Shown: positions 42,603 to 54,449, counted from the stretch's first letter. The stretch is DNA of 64,000 nucleotides from Polyangiales bacterium (GCA_964202905.1 CAXNJO010000010.1:32001-96000); one strand, 5' to 3'. The notes: a model not told the origin generated them from the letters alone. Numbers and translations are program-made.

Positions 42603-44116
42603 CCCGCAAGCGCCATCGTCGTACGGAAGAGCAGGAAGCCGCACTCACGGCGGTCGAGCAGGAGGCTGCGCTCGCCGCGGGCACCGAGCCCACGGAGGCC
42701 CCGGACCCGCGCAGCGTCGCGCGGGCCTCCCGCGGGCAGCGTCGCCGCACGCTCGGGCCGCTGCCGGCGGGCGCGGTGTTCGCGCGGCCCCTCGTCGCGA
42801 TCGTGGGTCGCCCCAACGTCGGCAAGAGCACCCTCTTCAACCGCCTCGCGGGGCGGCGGCTCGCGATCGTCGAGGACACGCCGGGCGTCACGCGCGACCG
42901 GCACTACGCCGACACGCTCATGTACGGACGCGAAATCGTCCTCGTCGACACGGGTGGCTTCGACCCCGAGAGCGACGACCCGATGATGGGCAGCATCGCG
43001 CGGCAGGTGCGGCTCGCGCTCGCCGAGTGCGATCTCGTCGTGTGCGTGCTCGACGCCTCGGTCGAGCCGCAGACCGCGGATCGCGAGGCCGTGCGGCTGC
43101 TCCGCGAGAGCCGCAAGCCCGTGATCTTCGTCGCGAACAAGAGCGACACGCCGCGCCTCGCGCTCGAGGCGAACAGCTACTACCGCCTCGGCGTCGAGAC
43201 GCTCATCCCCGTCTCGGCGCTGCACGGCCACGGCACCGGCGACCTCGAGCAGGCCGTGCTCGACGCGCTGCCGCCCGCCGAGGCGCTCGCCACGCTGCCG
43301 CGCCTCGACGGCGTCGCGCGCGTCGCGATCACGGGCAAGCCCAACGCCGGCAAGTCGTCCCTCGTCAACCGGCTGCTCGGGCAGGAGCGCCAGATCGTCG
43401 ACGACCGCCCCGGCACGACGGTCGACGCCGTCGACGCGCTCCTCGAGCGCGACGGCCGCCGCCTGGTGCTCATCGACACCGCCGGGATCCGCCGCAAGAG
43501 CCACGTCGACGAGAGCGTCGAATCGCTCGCGGTGCTGCAGGCGATCCGCTCGATGGAGCGCAGCGACCTCGTCGTGCTGCTGCTCGACGCGAGCGTCGGC
43601 GTCGCCGAGCAGGACGCGAAGATCATCGGCCTCGCCGAAGACCGCGGCCGCGCGATCGTGATCGCGCTCAACAAGTGCGACCTCCTCGACGACGCCGCGC
43701 AGCGCCAGGCCACGACGCGCGCCCGCGACGTGCTCGCCTTCGTGCCGTGGGCCCCGCTGCTGCGGATCAGCGCGCGCTCGGGGCGCGGCGTGAAGAAATT
43801 CCTCACCGCGATCGAGGCCGCCGTCGAGGCGCACGGCAAGCGCATCACGACCGCGCAGCTGAACCGCTTCTTCGAGGAGGTGCTCGACCGGCACCCGCCC
43901 CCGGTCCATCGCGGCAAGCCCGTGCGGCTCTACTACGTCACGCAGACGCAGGTCTCGCCGCCGACGTTCACGATCATCGCGAACTACCCGGACGCGGTGC
44001 ACTTCTCGTATCAGCGCTACGTCGTGAACCAGATCCGCGCGGCGTTCGGCTTCGAGGGCACCCCGGTGCGCGTGTTCTACAAGCCGCGGCGTCGGCGCGA
44101 GGGCAGCCAGGGCTGA
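42599..44116 (+). CDS. der: Ribosome biogenesis GTPase Der (EngA)
   Basis: Two G domains (GRPNVGKSTLFNRL/PGVTRD/DTGG; GKPNAGKSSLVN/DTAGIR/NKCD), FGFEGTPVR. Confidence 0.97.
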   Translation: MTRKRHRRTEEQEAALTAVEQEAALAAGTEPTEAPDPRSVARASRGQRRRTLGPLPAGAVFARPLVAIVGRPNVGKSTLFNRLAGRRLAIVEDTPGVTRDRHYADTLMYGREIVLVDTGGFDPESDDPMMGSIARQVRLALAECDLVVCVLDASVEPQTADREAVRLLRESRKPVIFVANKSDTPRLALEANSYYRLGVETLIPVSALHGHGTGDLEQAVLDALPPAEALATLPRLDGVARVAITGKPNAGKSSLVNRLLGQERQIVDDRPGTTVDAVDALLERDGRRLVLIDTAGIRRKSHVDESVESLAVLQAIRSMERSDLVVLLLDASVGVAEQDAKIIGLAEDRGRAIVIALNKCDLLDDAAQRQATTRARDVLAFVPWAPLLRISARSGRGVKKFLTAIEAAVEAHGKRITTAQLNRFFEEVLDRHPPPVHRGKPVRLYYVTQTQVSPPTFTIIANYPDAVHFSYQRYVVNQIRAAFGFEGTPVRVFYKPRRRREGSQG

Positions 44117-44174
44117 ACCGTCATTCAGCGCGCGGCGCACACGGCGCGGCGCGTGTCCGGGGCGGTCGCGCCGA

Positions 44175-45026
44175 TCAGAGCGTCTGGCCGCTTGCCCCGG
44201 TGGGCGGCGCGGGCGGGAGTACAAACGGTGCCGGCGCGGGCGGCGCGAAGGGAGCGGGCACGGCCGCAGGCGGCGACACGGCCGGCGGGCGCGCGGGCGC
44301 TTGCGCGAGCAGCCGGTCGATCGCCCCGCGGTCGAAGCCGAGCAGGAGCCGGCCACGCACGTCGATCACGGGGATGCCCGTCGGGCGGAGACCCTGCGCG
44401 GCCGCCTTCTGCATCATCTCCTGCTGCGCGCCCGGGTCGCGCTCGACGTCCTTCTCGACGAAGGGGACGCCGCGCGAGCGCAGGTACGCCTCGGCCTGAC
44501 GGCACGCGCCGCACCACGAGGCGCCGTAGACGACGACGTCGGCGCTCGCGTCCCCCGTCTGCGCGGCCGTGGCCGCTGCGGCGCCGCGGGCGTCCGCGAG
44601 CAGCGCTTCGAAGGACGCGCGGGCCACGCGACGCACCACGTAGCTGCCGTCCGCGCCGGGCGCCCGCAGGTCCGCGAGGTAGACCCACGCAGGGTCGAGG
44701 CGCGCCTCGGGCGCGACCGCGAGCGATTCGACGCGCACGTACTGACGATGCGCGTCGGGCACGTCGGCGCGGCGCGGCGCGGGGTGCGGGCCCTCCTCAT
44801 CGAACCAGACGAGCAGCAAGCCCTCGAGATCGCCGCGCACCGCGAAGGGCGGACGCACGACCGCGGCCTCGGACACCGCGGCCGCGGGGGCGTCGGCGCC
44901 CGGCACGTCGCCGCCCTCCGTGGATGCCCCGCCGCCGCACGCGGGCGAGGCGGCGAGGGACGCGGCGACGAGCAGCCGGACGACGGCAGGGAACCAGCGA
45001 GCGACGAGGCGGCGACTGCAGAGCAC
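44175..45026 (-). CDS. Glutaredoxin/NrdH-like domain lipoprotein
   Basis: VVVYGASWCGACRQAEAYL...EKDVE...GIPVIDV; start uncertain. Confidence 0.75.
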   Translation of the reverse strand: MLCSRRLVARWFPAVVRLLVAASLAASPACGGGASTEGGDVPGADAPAAAVSEAAVVRPPFAVRGDLEGLLLVWFDEEGPHPAPRRADVPDAHRQYVRVESLAVAPEARLDPAWVYLADLRAPGADGSYVVRRVARASFEALLADARGAAAATAAQTGDASADVVVYGASWCGACRQAEAYLRSRGVPFVEKDVERDPGAQQEMMQKAAAQGLRPTGIPVIDVRGRLLLGFDRGAIDRLLAQAPARPPAVSPPAAVPAPFAPPAPAPFVLPPAPPTGASGQTL

Positions 45027-45057
45027 GGGCGACCTCCGGGCCGGCAGGATGGCCCCG

Positions 45058-45528
45058 CTACGGCGCGTGCGCACGCCCGCCGAAGCGCAGCGCGAGGCTG
45101 CGCTGGCCGTCCTGACAGGCCGGGAAGAGCGCGCGCGAGCGGGCGATCGCCTGATCCGAACGGGCGATGGCGCCCGCGATGCGCTCCGCGGCGTCCGGGG
45201 CGAGCTGCGCGCCGCTCGCCGTCGCCCGCTCGAGCGCGGCGCGGGCCCCCTCCTGCTCCTGCTCGGCCGTGAGCAGCGCGTCGTGCGCGCGGACGCAGGC
45301 GTCGCGGACACGCACGACCTCCGGCGCCGCGAGCCCCAGCCGCCCGACGGAGTCGAGCGCGCGCCGCCGCAGCGCGACGGGGCCGTCGTCCTCGACCCGC
45401 GCGAGCCGATCGAGCAGCAGCTGCGCCTCGTTGCGCTCGGCGTCCTCGCAGCCCGCGCCGAGCACCGCCGCGAGACCGAGCGCGACGGCGAGCAGGCGGA
45501 GCGGGAGCGCGGGCGGGCGGGCGGGCAT
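45058..45528 (-). CDS. Hypothetical lipoprotein
   Basis: Lipobox VLGAGC, helical body with two further Cys. Confidence 0.55.
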   Translation of the reverse strand: MPARPPALPLRLLAVALGLAAVLGAGCEDAERNEAQLLLDRLARVEDDGPVALRRRALDSVGRLGLAAPEVVRVRDACVRAHDALLTAEQEQEGARAALERATASGAQLAPDAAERIAGAIARSDQAIARSRALFPACQDGQRSLALRFGGRAHAP

Positions 45529-45572
45529 GGGGCGCGCAGATTACCGTGCCGCGCGTGCTACGCCAGAACCCG

Positions 45573-46766
45573 ATGCGAGCGCCCGCTTCCCAGGAGCTGC
45601 ACCGCGTGTACCTCGTGCCCGGGATGTTCGGCTTCGGGCGACTCGCAGGCTACGAGTACTTCGGCCACCTCGAGGTCGCGCTCGCCGCGCGCTTCGCGGA
45701 GCTCGGCGTGCCCCTCTCGCTCGAGGTGATCCAGCCGCCGCCGACCGCCTCCATCCGGCGGCGCGCGGACGTCGTCGCCGAGGCGATCGCGCGGAGCGCG
45801 GGCGGCACGGAGGGCGGCCCGATCCACCTGATCGGTCACTCCACGGGCGGGCTCGACGCGCGGCTCGTGCTCTCCCCCTCCGTGCGGCTCGACGTCCCGG
45901 CCGATGCGCTCCTCTGGCGGACCCGCGCCCGCACCGTGCTCACGATCGACACGCCCCACCACGGCACGCCGCTCGCGGCGTTCTTCACGACGGTGTCGGG
46001 GACGCGGCTGCTCACGCTGCTCTCGCTGCTCACGGTCACGACGCTCGGCGTGGGCGCGCCGGGGCTCTCCGCGCTCTCGTCGCTCGTCGCGGCCATCGGC
46101 TCGGTGGACGAAGCGCTCGGCATCGACATCCGCCTCCTCGACCGCGCGACGGATCTCGTGCTCCGCTTCATCGGCGACCGCGGCCGCGACGAGGTCGCAC
46201 GCTGGCTCGACGGAATCCGCCACGACCAGGGCGGCCTCGTGCAGATCACCCCCGAGGCGATGGACCTCTTCAACGCGGTCGCCGCCGATGCGCCGGGCGT
46301 CTTCTACGGCTGCACCGCCGCGGCCTCGCCGCCGCCCGCGCCGGGCCGGCTCGTGCGGCAGGCGCGCTCGCCGTTCGGCGCGTTCACCGCGACCGCGTAC
46401 GCCACGATCTACGGCGTCACGAGCCGCGTCGTCCCGCGCTACGCATACCCGCCCCCGAGCGAGGCCGCAGCCGCGGTGTTGCGCGCGGCGTTCGGCACGG
46501 ACATCGACGACACGTGGTGCGACGGCGTCGTGCCGACACGCTCGATGCTCTGGGGCGAGCTGCTCTGGGCCGGCAAGGGCGACCACCTCGACGTCGTCGG
46601 ACACTTCCGCGACGACGAGACCCCGCCACGTCACGTCGACTGGCTCACGAGCGGCGCGAGCTTCGGGCGCTACCGCTTCCGCGGGCTCGTCGACGCGCTG
46701 ACGGACGCGCTGCTCGGCGACGTCGCGCCCGCGCGGACGAGCGCCGGCGCGCAGCCGGCGGCCTGA
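45573..46766 (+). CDS. Alpha/beta-hydrolase (lipase/esterase)
   Basis: LVPGMFGF oxyanion motif, GHSTG nucleophile elbow, TPHHGTPLA, DGVVP, DHLDVVG. Confidence 0.88.
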   Translation: MRAPASQELHRVYLVPGMFGFGRLAGYEYFGHLEVALAARFAELGVPLSLEVIQPPPTASIRRRADVVAEAIARSAGGTEGGPIHLIGHSTGGLDARLVLSPSVRLDVPADALLWRTRARTVLTIDTPHHGTPLAAFFTTVSGTRLLTLLSLLTVTTLGVGAPGLSALSSLVAAIGSVDEALGIDIRLLDRATDLVLRFIGDRGRDEVARWLDGIRHDQGGLVQITPEAMDLFNAVAADAPGVFYGCTAAASPPPAPGRLVRQARSPFGAFTATAYATIYGVTSRVVPRYAYPPPSEAAAAVLRAAFGTDIDDTWCDGVVPTRSMLWGELLWAGKGDHLDVVGHFRDDETPPRHVDWLTSGASFGRYRFRGLVDALTDALLGDVAPARTSAGAQPAA

Positions 46767-46778
46767 GGCGCGCCGACG

Positions 46779-48751
<1,973 letters not shown>

Positions 48752-48831
48752 GGCGCGCGACGCGCATCCGGGCGTGACGCGGAAGGGGCGCGTTCGCTGC
48801 GGCGCCCACCGCGCGGACGGCGGACGCTCGC

Positions 48832-49533
48832 TCAGCGCGCCGCGACGGCGAAGCGCGGCTCCTGCATACGGGCGCGGAGCCGACCGAGCGTGCGCCGCGC
48901 CGCGGCCACGTTCTGGCCGGTCATCACGCTCGACGGGAACGGCAGATCCGGCTCGACGAGGAACTCGAACGAGACGAGCGTGCGCGCGCCACCGTCGACG
49001 GCCGTGAGCTCCCAGAGCGCGGCCATCCGCTCGACGTTCCCCGTCACCATCGTGGCCTCGACGCGCCAGGTGGTCGTGCCGTCCGCGTTCGTCACCGGCG
49101 CGCGCGGACGCAGGCGCATCTGCGCCCAGAGCGTGGTCGTGTTGTGCAGCACGCCCGCCTCGAGGTAGACGACCGCTTGCGCGCCGCGCTGCGACAGCAC
49201 GCGGGATGCCTGGAAATTGGGCAGGAACTCCGCGTACCGCGCGTAGTCCTGCACGACGCGCAACACGAGCTCGGCGGGCGCGTCGACGAGCCCCGTCGCG
49301 CGGCCGGAGCGCACGCGCGTCCCCGGGGCCGATACCTCGCGCAGCTCGACGCGGTGGTCGGCGAGCCGCGCGGCGGTCGCGCTCGGGAGCTCGGCGGGCG
49401 CGGCCTGCGCAGCCACGACGGCCGGCAGCACGTGCACGAGCCCGGCGAGCGCGAGCCCGGCGAGGGCGACGCGCAGCGAACGGGCGAATCGCGGAACGGA
49501 GACGGCGGGGGGAGCGGACCGCGGGCGGGTCAT
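48832..49533 (-). CDS. SRPBCC/polyketide cyclase-family exported protein
   Basis: VDAPAELVLRVVQDYARYAEFLP; signal peptide. Confidence 0.75.
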   Translation of the reverse strand: MTRPRSAPPAVSVPRFARSLRVALAGLALAGLVHVLPAVVAAQAAPAELPSATAARLADHRVELREVSAPGTRVRSGRATGLVDAPAELVLRVVQDYARYAEFLPNFQASRVLSQRGAQAVVYLEAGVLHNTTTLWAQMRLRPRAPVTNADGTTTWRVEATMVTGNVERMAALWELTAVDGGARTLVSFEFLVEPDLPFPSSVMTGQNVAAARRTLGRLRARMQEPRFAVAAR

Positions 49534-49707
49534 GCGCACCTCGGGGGGAAGGTCGACGCGTCGGGACACACTGTGGCCCGGCGCACCGATCGACGCACGC
49601 ACGCACCCGGGGATTCACCGGGAGGCTCGCACCGCACGCACCGCGCGGGCACGCGCCCGCAAGTTGACACCCCGACCCCGCGGGGTGAGGGTCCGCGCGA
49701 GGTCCCC

Positions 49708-50979
49708 GTGAAGCCCCGTCCGTTTCTCGTCGTCGTCACCGCCTCCGCCCTCGCGGGGCTCTTCTTCTCGGCGTTTTCCACCTACGACTTCGCGCAGCAC
49801 CTCGACCGGCAGGTCCACGGGCTGCACTGCTCGTTCATCCCCGGCCTCGCCTCGACCGAGGCCGCCGGCACGGGCTGTCACGTCACGCTGATGAGCCCGT
49901 ACTCGTCGGTGCTCCGCACGCAGCTCTGGGGCGGTCTGCCGATCTCGCTCCCGGCGATGGGCGTCTTCGCCTTCCTCGCGTTCTGGGCGGGCTACCTGCT
50001 GATCACGCGACGCGAGACGGATCGCCGCGCGACGCTCTTCCTCTTCGCCGCGAACACGCTGCCGCTCCTCGCGACGCTCGTGATGGGCGGCATCGCGCTC
50101 TTCACGCTCGGCGCGGCGTGCAAGCTCTGCATCGGCATCTACGTCGCGAGCGTCGTCGGGTTCGTGGCGGCGCTCGTCGCGTGGCGCCGGGCGAGCCGCG
50201 GCCCGGCGCTCGGCGCGCGTGTGCCCGACGCGACGGGCGCGGCGGACACCCTCCCCGCGGGCGCCTACGACCCGGCCCGCGATCGCGGCGCCGACCCGCT
50301 CTCCCCGGGGGCGCTCAGCGCGGCCGCGGGACTCGGCATCGCCTTCGTGCTCGTGCCTGCCGGCGTGTATGCGTCGACGCTCCCCGACTACGCGCGCTAC
50401 GCGGGCACCTGCGGCACGCTCGCGCAGCCCGCGGATCCGGGCGGTCTGATGGTGTCCCTCGGCGCACCGCCGGGCGGCCGCGCGGCGATCGAAGTGCTCG
50501 ATCCCCTCTGCCCCTCGTGCTCGGCGTTCGAAGCGCGGCTCTCGGCGTCGGGCCTCGACGAGGCGCTCGCGCGCAAGGTGTTGCTGTTTCCACTCGACAG
50601 CACCTGCAACTGGATGGTGGATGAGCCGGTGCACCCCGGCGCGTGCACCGTCAGCGAGGCGGTGTTGTGCGCAGGCGACGCCGCGCCCGAGGTGCTCGCC
50701 TGGGCCTTCGCCGAAGGCGAGCGGATCCGCGAGGCGGCGAAGCGCGATCCGGAGGCCGCCGCGCGCCTCGTGCGCGAGCGCTTCCCGCGGGTCGCCGCGT
50801 GCCTCGGCACGCCCGCGGTGCGCGCGCGCCTGAACCGCTCGCTGCGCTGGGCCGTCGCGAACCGCCTGCCGGTGCTGACGCCGCAGCTCTACGTCGAGGG
50901 CCAGAAGCTCTGCGACGAGGACACCGATCTCGGCATGGATTACGCCCTCACCCAGCTTCTCGCCCGGAGCGGACGATGA
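49708..50979 (+). CDS. Vitamin K epoxide reductase (VKOR) family protein fused to a DsbA/thioredoxin-like domain
   Basis: HCSFIPG...GC..LMSPYS loop cysteines, ACKLC TM CxxC, DPLCPSC, FPLDSTCN, HPGAC, TPQLYVEG. Confidence 0.85.
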   Translation: MKPRPFLVVVTASALAGLFFSAFSTYDFAQHLDRQVHGLHCSFIPGLASTEAAGTGCHVTLMSPYSSVLRTQLWGGLPISLPAMGVFAFLAFWAGYLLITRRETDRRATLFLFAANTLPLLATLVMGGIALFTLGAACKLCIGIYVASVVGFVAALVAWRRASRGPALGARVPDATGAADTLPAGAYDPARDRGADPLSPGALSAAAGLGIAFVLVPAGVYASTLPDYARYAGTCGTLAQPADPGGLMVSLGAPPGGRAAIEVLDPLCPSCSAFEARLSASGLDEALARKVLLFPLDSTCNWMVDEPVHPGACTVSEAVLCAGDAAPEVLAWAFAEGERIREAAKRDPEAAARLVRERFPRVAACLGTPAVRARLNRSLRWAVANRLPVLTPQLYVEGQKLCDEDTDLGMDYALTQLLARSGR

Positions 50980-51698
50980 CCCCCGCGCGCACGATCGCCG
51001 CCGCCCTCGTCGGGCTGGTGCTGCTCATGACCCCGACCGTGCTCGTCGCCAGCTGGGTGCACTCGGCCAAGCGCCGCCTCGCGCAGGCCGAGACCGCCAC
51101 GGCCGACGGGTCCGCCGGCGCCGAGGGCGAAGTCGCCATCGCGGCGGCCGCGGACGTCGGTTACTGCAACGGTGACCTCAAGCGCGTGCTGCGGCGCGTG
51201 TTGCAGAGCTGCGGCCTGATCGGCGACGGCGGCGGCGTGCGCGGCTGTCAGCCCGTGCAGGCGCGCAGCGTCGCGACGATGAGCGGCGACGACTTCAACG
51301 CGCTCTTCACGCCGCTCGCCGAGCGCGCGGGCATCATCGAGTTCGACTTCGACCGCGCGGAGCTCGACGCCGGCGACATCGCGCTCGTCAACCGCCTCTT
51401 CGCCGACCAGCGCGGCGCGAGCTACTTCTTCGTCGTCGCGCGCGCCTCGCCCGAGGGCAACGACGCGCACAACCGCGACCTCTCGAAGCAGCGCGCCGAG
51501 GCCGTGATGAACTACCTCCGCACGACGTTCCACGACCCGGACCTCGACAAGGAGGTCGGGCTGCTCTGGCTCGGCGAGGAGTACGCGCAGCTCGACGCGC
51601 AGTTCTGCGCCTGGCAGCGCAGCGGCAACGCGGGCGAGTGCGACGCGCGCACCCTCAACCGCAGCGCGTTCATCGCGTGGATCGATTGTCGGCTGTGA
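50976..51698 (+). CDS. Membrane-anchored OmpA_C-like domain protein
   Basis: N-terminal TM, IEFDFDRAELD, ARASPEGNDAHNRDLSKQRAEAVMNYL, LNRSA; six Cys. Confidence 0.75.
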   Translation: MTPARTIAAALVGLVLLMTPTVLVASWVHSAKRRLAQAETATADGSAGAEGEVAIAAAADVGYCNGDLKRVLRRVLQSCGLIGDGGGVRGCQPVQARSVATMSGDDFNALFTPLAERAGIIEFDFDRAELDAGDIALVNRLFADQRGASYFFVVARASPEGNDAHNRDLSKQRAEAVMNYLRTTFHDPDLDKEVGLLWLGEEYAQLDAQFCAWQRSGNAGECDARTLNRSAFIAWIDCRL

Positions 51699-52333
51699 CG
51701 GCTCGCGCGGACACCGTGCCCGCCGCAGGCCGCGGGGCGCGCGCGCGTTGGGGAGCCCTCGCGCTCTGCGCTGCGCTCGCGGGCTGCGGGGACGACGCGA
51801 CGGGCCCCGCCGCGGCCCCGCTCCGCCGCGTCGACGCGGTGCGTGCCCGCGGGCCCCGCGGCTCGATCGACGACTTCTGCGACGTGCACGCCGACGCCGC
51901 ATCGGCGCCCGCCTTCACGTGGCCCGCGCTCGCCGATGGCGCCTCGCCCCCGGCCCGCGCGCCCGGGCGCTGGCAGTGGTTGAACCTCTGGGCGACGTGG
52001 TGCCGCCCCTGCGTGAGCGAGATGCCGCGCGTGTTCGAGTGGCAGGAGCGGCTCACGCGCGCGGGGACTCCGGTCGACGTGCAGCTGCTCTCGGTCGACG
52101 CCTCGGGCGACGAGGTCGCGCAGTACGCCGGCCTGCACCCCGAGGTGCGCGGCAGCGTGCGCATGGCCGAACCGGGCGCGGTCGCCGACTACCTCGCGGC
52201 GCTCGGCCTCGACGGCGGCGCGAGCATCCCCGTGCACGTCTTCGTCGACCCGGCCGGCCGCGTGCGCTGCGTGCGCGCCGGCGCGATTTCCGACGACGAC
52301 TTCGACGACGTCGCGCTCGTCGTCTCGCAGTAG
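51695..52333 (+). CDS. TlpA-family thiol-disulfide oxidoreductase lipoprotein
   Basis: Lipobox LAGC, LNLWATWCRPCVSEMP, SIPVHVFVDPAG. Confidence 0.88.
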   Translation: MTARADTVPAAGRGARARWGALALCAALAGCGDDATGPAAAPLRRVDAVRARGPRGSIDDFCDVHADAASAPAFTWPALADGASPPARAPGRWQWLNLWATWCRPCVSEMPRVFEWQERLTRAGTPVDVQLLSVDASGDEVAQYAGLHPEVRGSVRMAEPGAVADYLAALGLDGGASIPVHVFVDPAGRVRCVRAGAISDDDFDDVALVVSQ

Positions 52334-52345
52334 TCCAAGCGCGCG

Positions 52346-52825
52346 TCAGCGCCGCTTCGTCGCGCCCTTCGCTGCCCCTGCGCCGCCGCGCCGTGGCTTC
52401 GACGGCGACGTGCTCGCTGCCGCGTCCGCGGTGTGGTCGCCGCCGACCGACGCGATCGGCCGACGTGCCGCGAGGCCCGGCGCCGCGAGGTCGCGCACGA
52501 TGAGGTCGACCGCCCCGCGCTGCGCCGCATCGAGCCGCGCGAAGTCGCGGAGAAGCGCATCCTCGGCCGCGACGCGCGAGGCCGCGTCGACGCCGTAGAG
52601 CGCGTCCGTCGTCGTGCCGAGCGTCCGCGCGAGCCGCAGCAGCGTGAGGTGGCTCGGGAAGAGCACGCCGCGCTCGTAGCGGCTCAGCATCTCGGCCCCG
52701 ACGCCCACCTGCTCGGCGACCCACTCCTGCGACCAGCCGCGCGCCTCGCGCCCGTCGCGGATCCGCCGGCCGAGCACGCGCCGCAGCGCGTCCGCCTCGG
52801 CCTTGTCGTTCGTTTTGTAGGGCAT
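52346..52825 (-). CDS. XRE-family HTH transcriptional regulator
   Basis: LGRRIRDGREARGWSQEWVAEQVGVGAEMLSRYERGVLFPSHLTLLRLARTL. Confidence 0.9.
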   Translation of the reverse strand: MPYKTNDKAEADALRRVLGRRIRDGREARGWSQEWVAEQVGVGAEMLSRYERGVLFPSHLTLLRLARTLGTTTDALYGVDAASRVAAEDALLRDFARLDAAQRGAVDLIVRDLAAPGLAARRPIASVGGDHTADAAASTSPSKPRRGGAGAAKGATKRR

Positions 52826-52878
52826 CGCGCGACGAGAGAGCGCGCAGCAGACCGCCGCACCCCACGCCGCGAAAGTGA

Positions 52879-52913
52879 GCAATGCGTTGACTTTTATAGA
52901 CGCATTGCGTTGA
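52879..52913. promoter_or_regulatory. AT-rich divergent promoter/operator region
   Basis: Perfect IR GCAATGCGT-N12-ACGCATTGC, direct repeat TGCGTTGA x2, TTGACT and TATAAA hexamers. Confidence 0.65.
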
Positions 52914-53045
52914 ATCCCCTCCTGCATGGCGGTGTCGGGCGGTTCCCGGCAGCGCCGACGACGCGGGTTCACACCCCGTTTGCACGAGCGCCACCTGAAA
53001 CACCGCGGCTCTCCCACGTTCAACCGCTCGACGAGGAACTTCGCA

Positions 53046-54434
53046 ATGAAACAGTTCTCCGCGTTCTTGCTCATCACACTGCTCGCTGCGTGCTCGAACG
53101 ACGCGCCACGCCCACCGGCCCTTACGGGCTCGGCGTCGGCACTACGCGGGACCGTTTCGGACGCGAACGTTAAGAGCGTTCGCGCCATCACGGCATCCGG
53201 TCGCGCGACGTCCGCACCGGTCACGGGAGGGGCGTTCCGAATCGCCATTCCGAACGAGCGTTTCGCGCTCGGCTTCTATGATGCGCGAGGGCGCGCCATT
53301 GCGTCGCTCGGCGCCGCGCCCGCGCCGGGCGCGCCCAACGTCGGTCAGTTCCCCGGCCGCCGCGGCGGCGCAGCACTGACCGAGAGCGCTCCGGGGGCCG
53401 CGCGCGCCGGACTGCTCGACGACGGCGCAATCGTCCTCGGAGTGATCACGATCAACGTCACGATTGGAGTCGCCATCGGCGAATTCAATCTGCTCGCAGA
53501 CTTCGATTCGGACCTCGACGGCATCGACGACTTCGAAGACGACGACGATGACGACGACGGTATCGACGACCTCGCTGATCTCGACGACGATGGCGACGGG
53601 AGCGACGACGCCGAGGCGGATGGGGATGTCGACAACGACGGAATCTGCGACTTCGCCGATCCGGACGACGACGGCGACGACATCCTCGACGTCGACGACG
53701 AGGACGACGACGGTGACGGGACCGACGACGAGATCGATTTCGACAGCGACGAAGATGGAATCGCGGACGACGCAGACCTCGACGATGACAACGACGGCAT
53801 TCTCGATACCGACGATCCGGACTGCAACGGCGACGGCATCGACGACGACCTGCAGGACGAAGACGGCGACGGCATCTTCGATTTCAGCGATCCGGACGCC
53901 GATGGCGATGGCATGACCAACGACCTGGATCTCGACGACGATGGCGACGGGGTCCCCGATCTGTCGGAGCTCGACTGCGACGGCGACGGCGAGATCGACT
54001 GGCTCCCCGACGGGACGCTCACCTGCCCGGACGCCTGTGACGTCGATCCGACTCTCCCCGAATGCGGATGTGACCCGCTCACCGACGCAGCCTGCTGCGC
54101 GGCGGCACCGGACGCCGCCTGCTGCGAAGCCCACCCGTCCATCCCGGAGTGCGCGATGATGTGCGACCCGCTCGCCGACGCGGCCTGTTGCGCGGCGACC
54201 CCCACCGACGCTTGCTGCGCGGCGTTCCCGTCCATCCCGGAGTGCGCGACGACGTGTGATCCGCTCACCGACGCGGCGTGTTGCGCGGCGGCTCCGACCG
54301 ACGCCTGCTGCGCAGCGTTCCCAGATATCCCGGAGTGCGCTGTGTGCGATCCAGACACCGACCCGGCTTGTTGTGCGATGGCGCCGGATCCCACCTGCTG
54401 CGCGATCTTCCCGGATCTCCCGGAGTGCGTCTGA
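53046..54434 (+). CDS. Lipoprotein with Asp-rich TSP3-like Ca-binding repeats and four Cys-rich C-terminal repeats
   Basis: MKQFSAFLLITLLAAC lipobox, GAGGA RBS, about ten DxDxDGxxD motifs, 4x C-x7-CC-x7-CC-x8-C. Confidence 0.85.
   Translation: MKQFSAFLLITLLAACSNDAPRPPALTGSASALRGTVSDANVKSVRAITASGRATSAPVTGGAFRIAIPNERFALGFYDARGRAIASLGAAPAPGAPNVGQFPGRRGGAALTESAPGAARAGLLDDGAIVLGVITINVTIGVAIGEFNLLADFDSDLDGIDDFEDDDDDDDGIDDLADLDDDGDGSDDAEADGDVDNDGICDFADPDDDGDDILDVDDEDDDGDGTDDEIDFDSDEDGIADDADLDDDNDGILDTDDPDCNGDGIDDDLQDEDGDGIFDFSDPDADGDGMTNDLDLDDDGDGVPDLSELDCDGDGEIDWLPDGTLTCPDACDVDPTLPECGCDPLTDAACCAAAPDAACCEAHPSIPECAMMCDPLADAACCAATPTDACCAAFPSIPECATTCDPLTDAACCAAAPTDACCAAFPDIPECAVCDPDTDPACCAMAPDPTCCAIFPDLPECV
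54069..54431 (+). repeat. Four 90-93 bp tandem repeats encoding the Cys-rich module
   Basis: Unit starts at 54069, 54162, 54255, 54345. Confidence 0.9.
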
Positions 54435-54449
54435 CCCGCTGAAGGAAAT

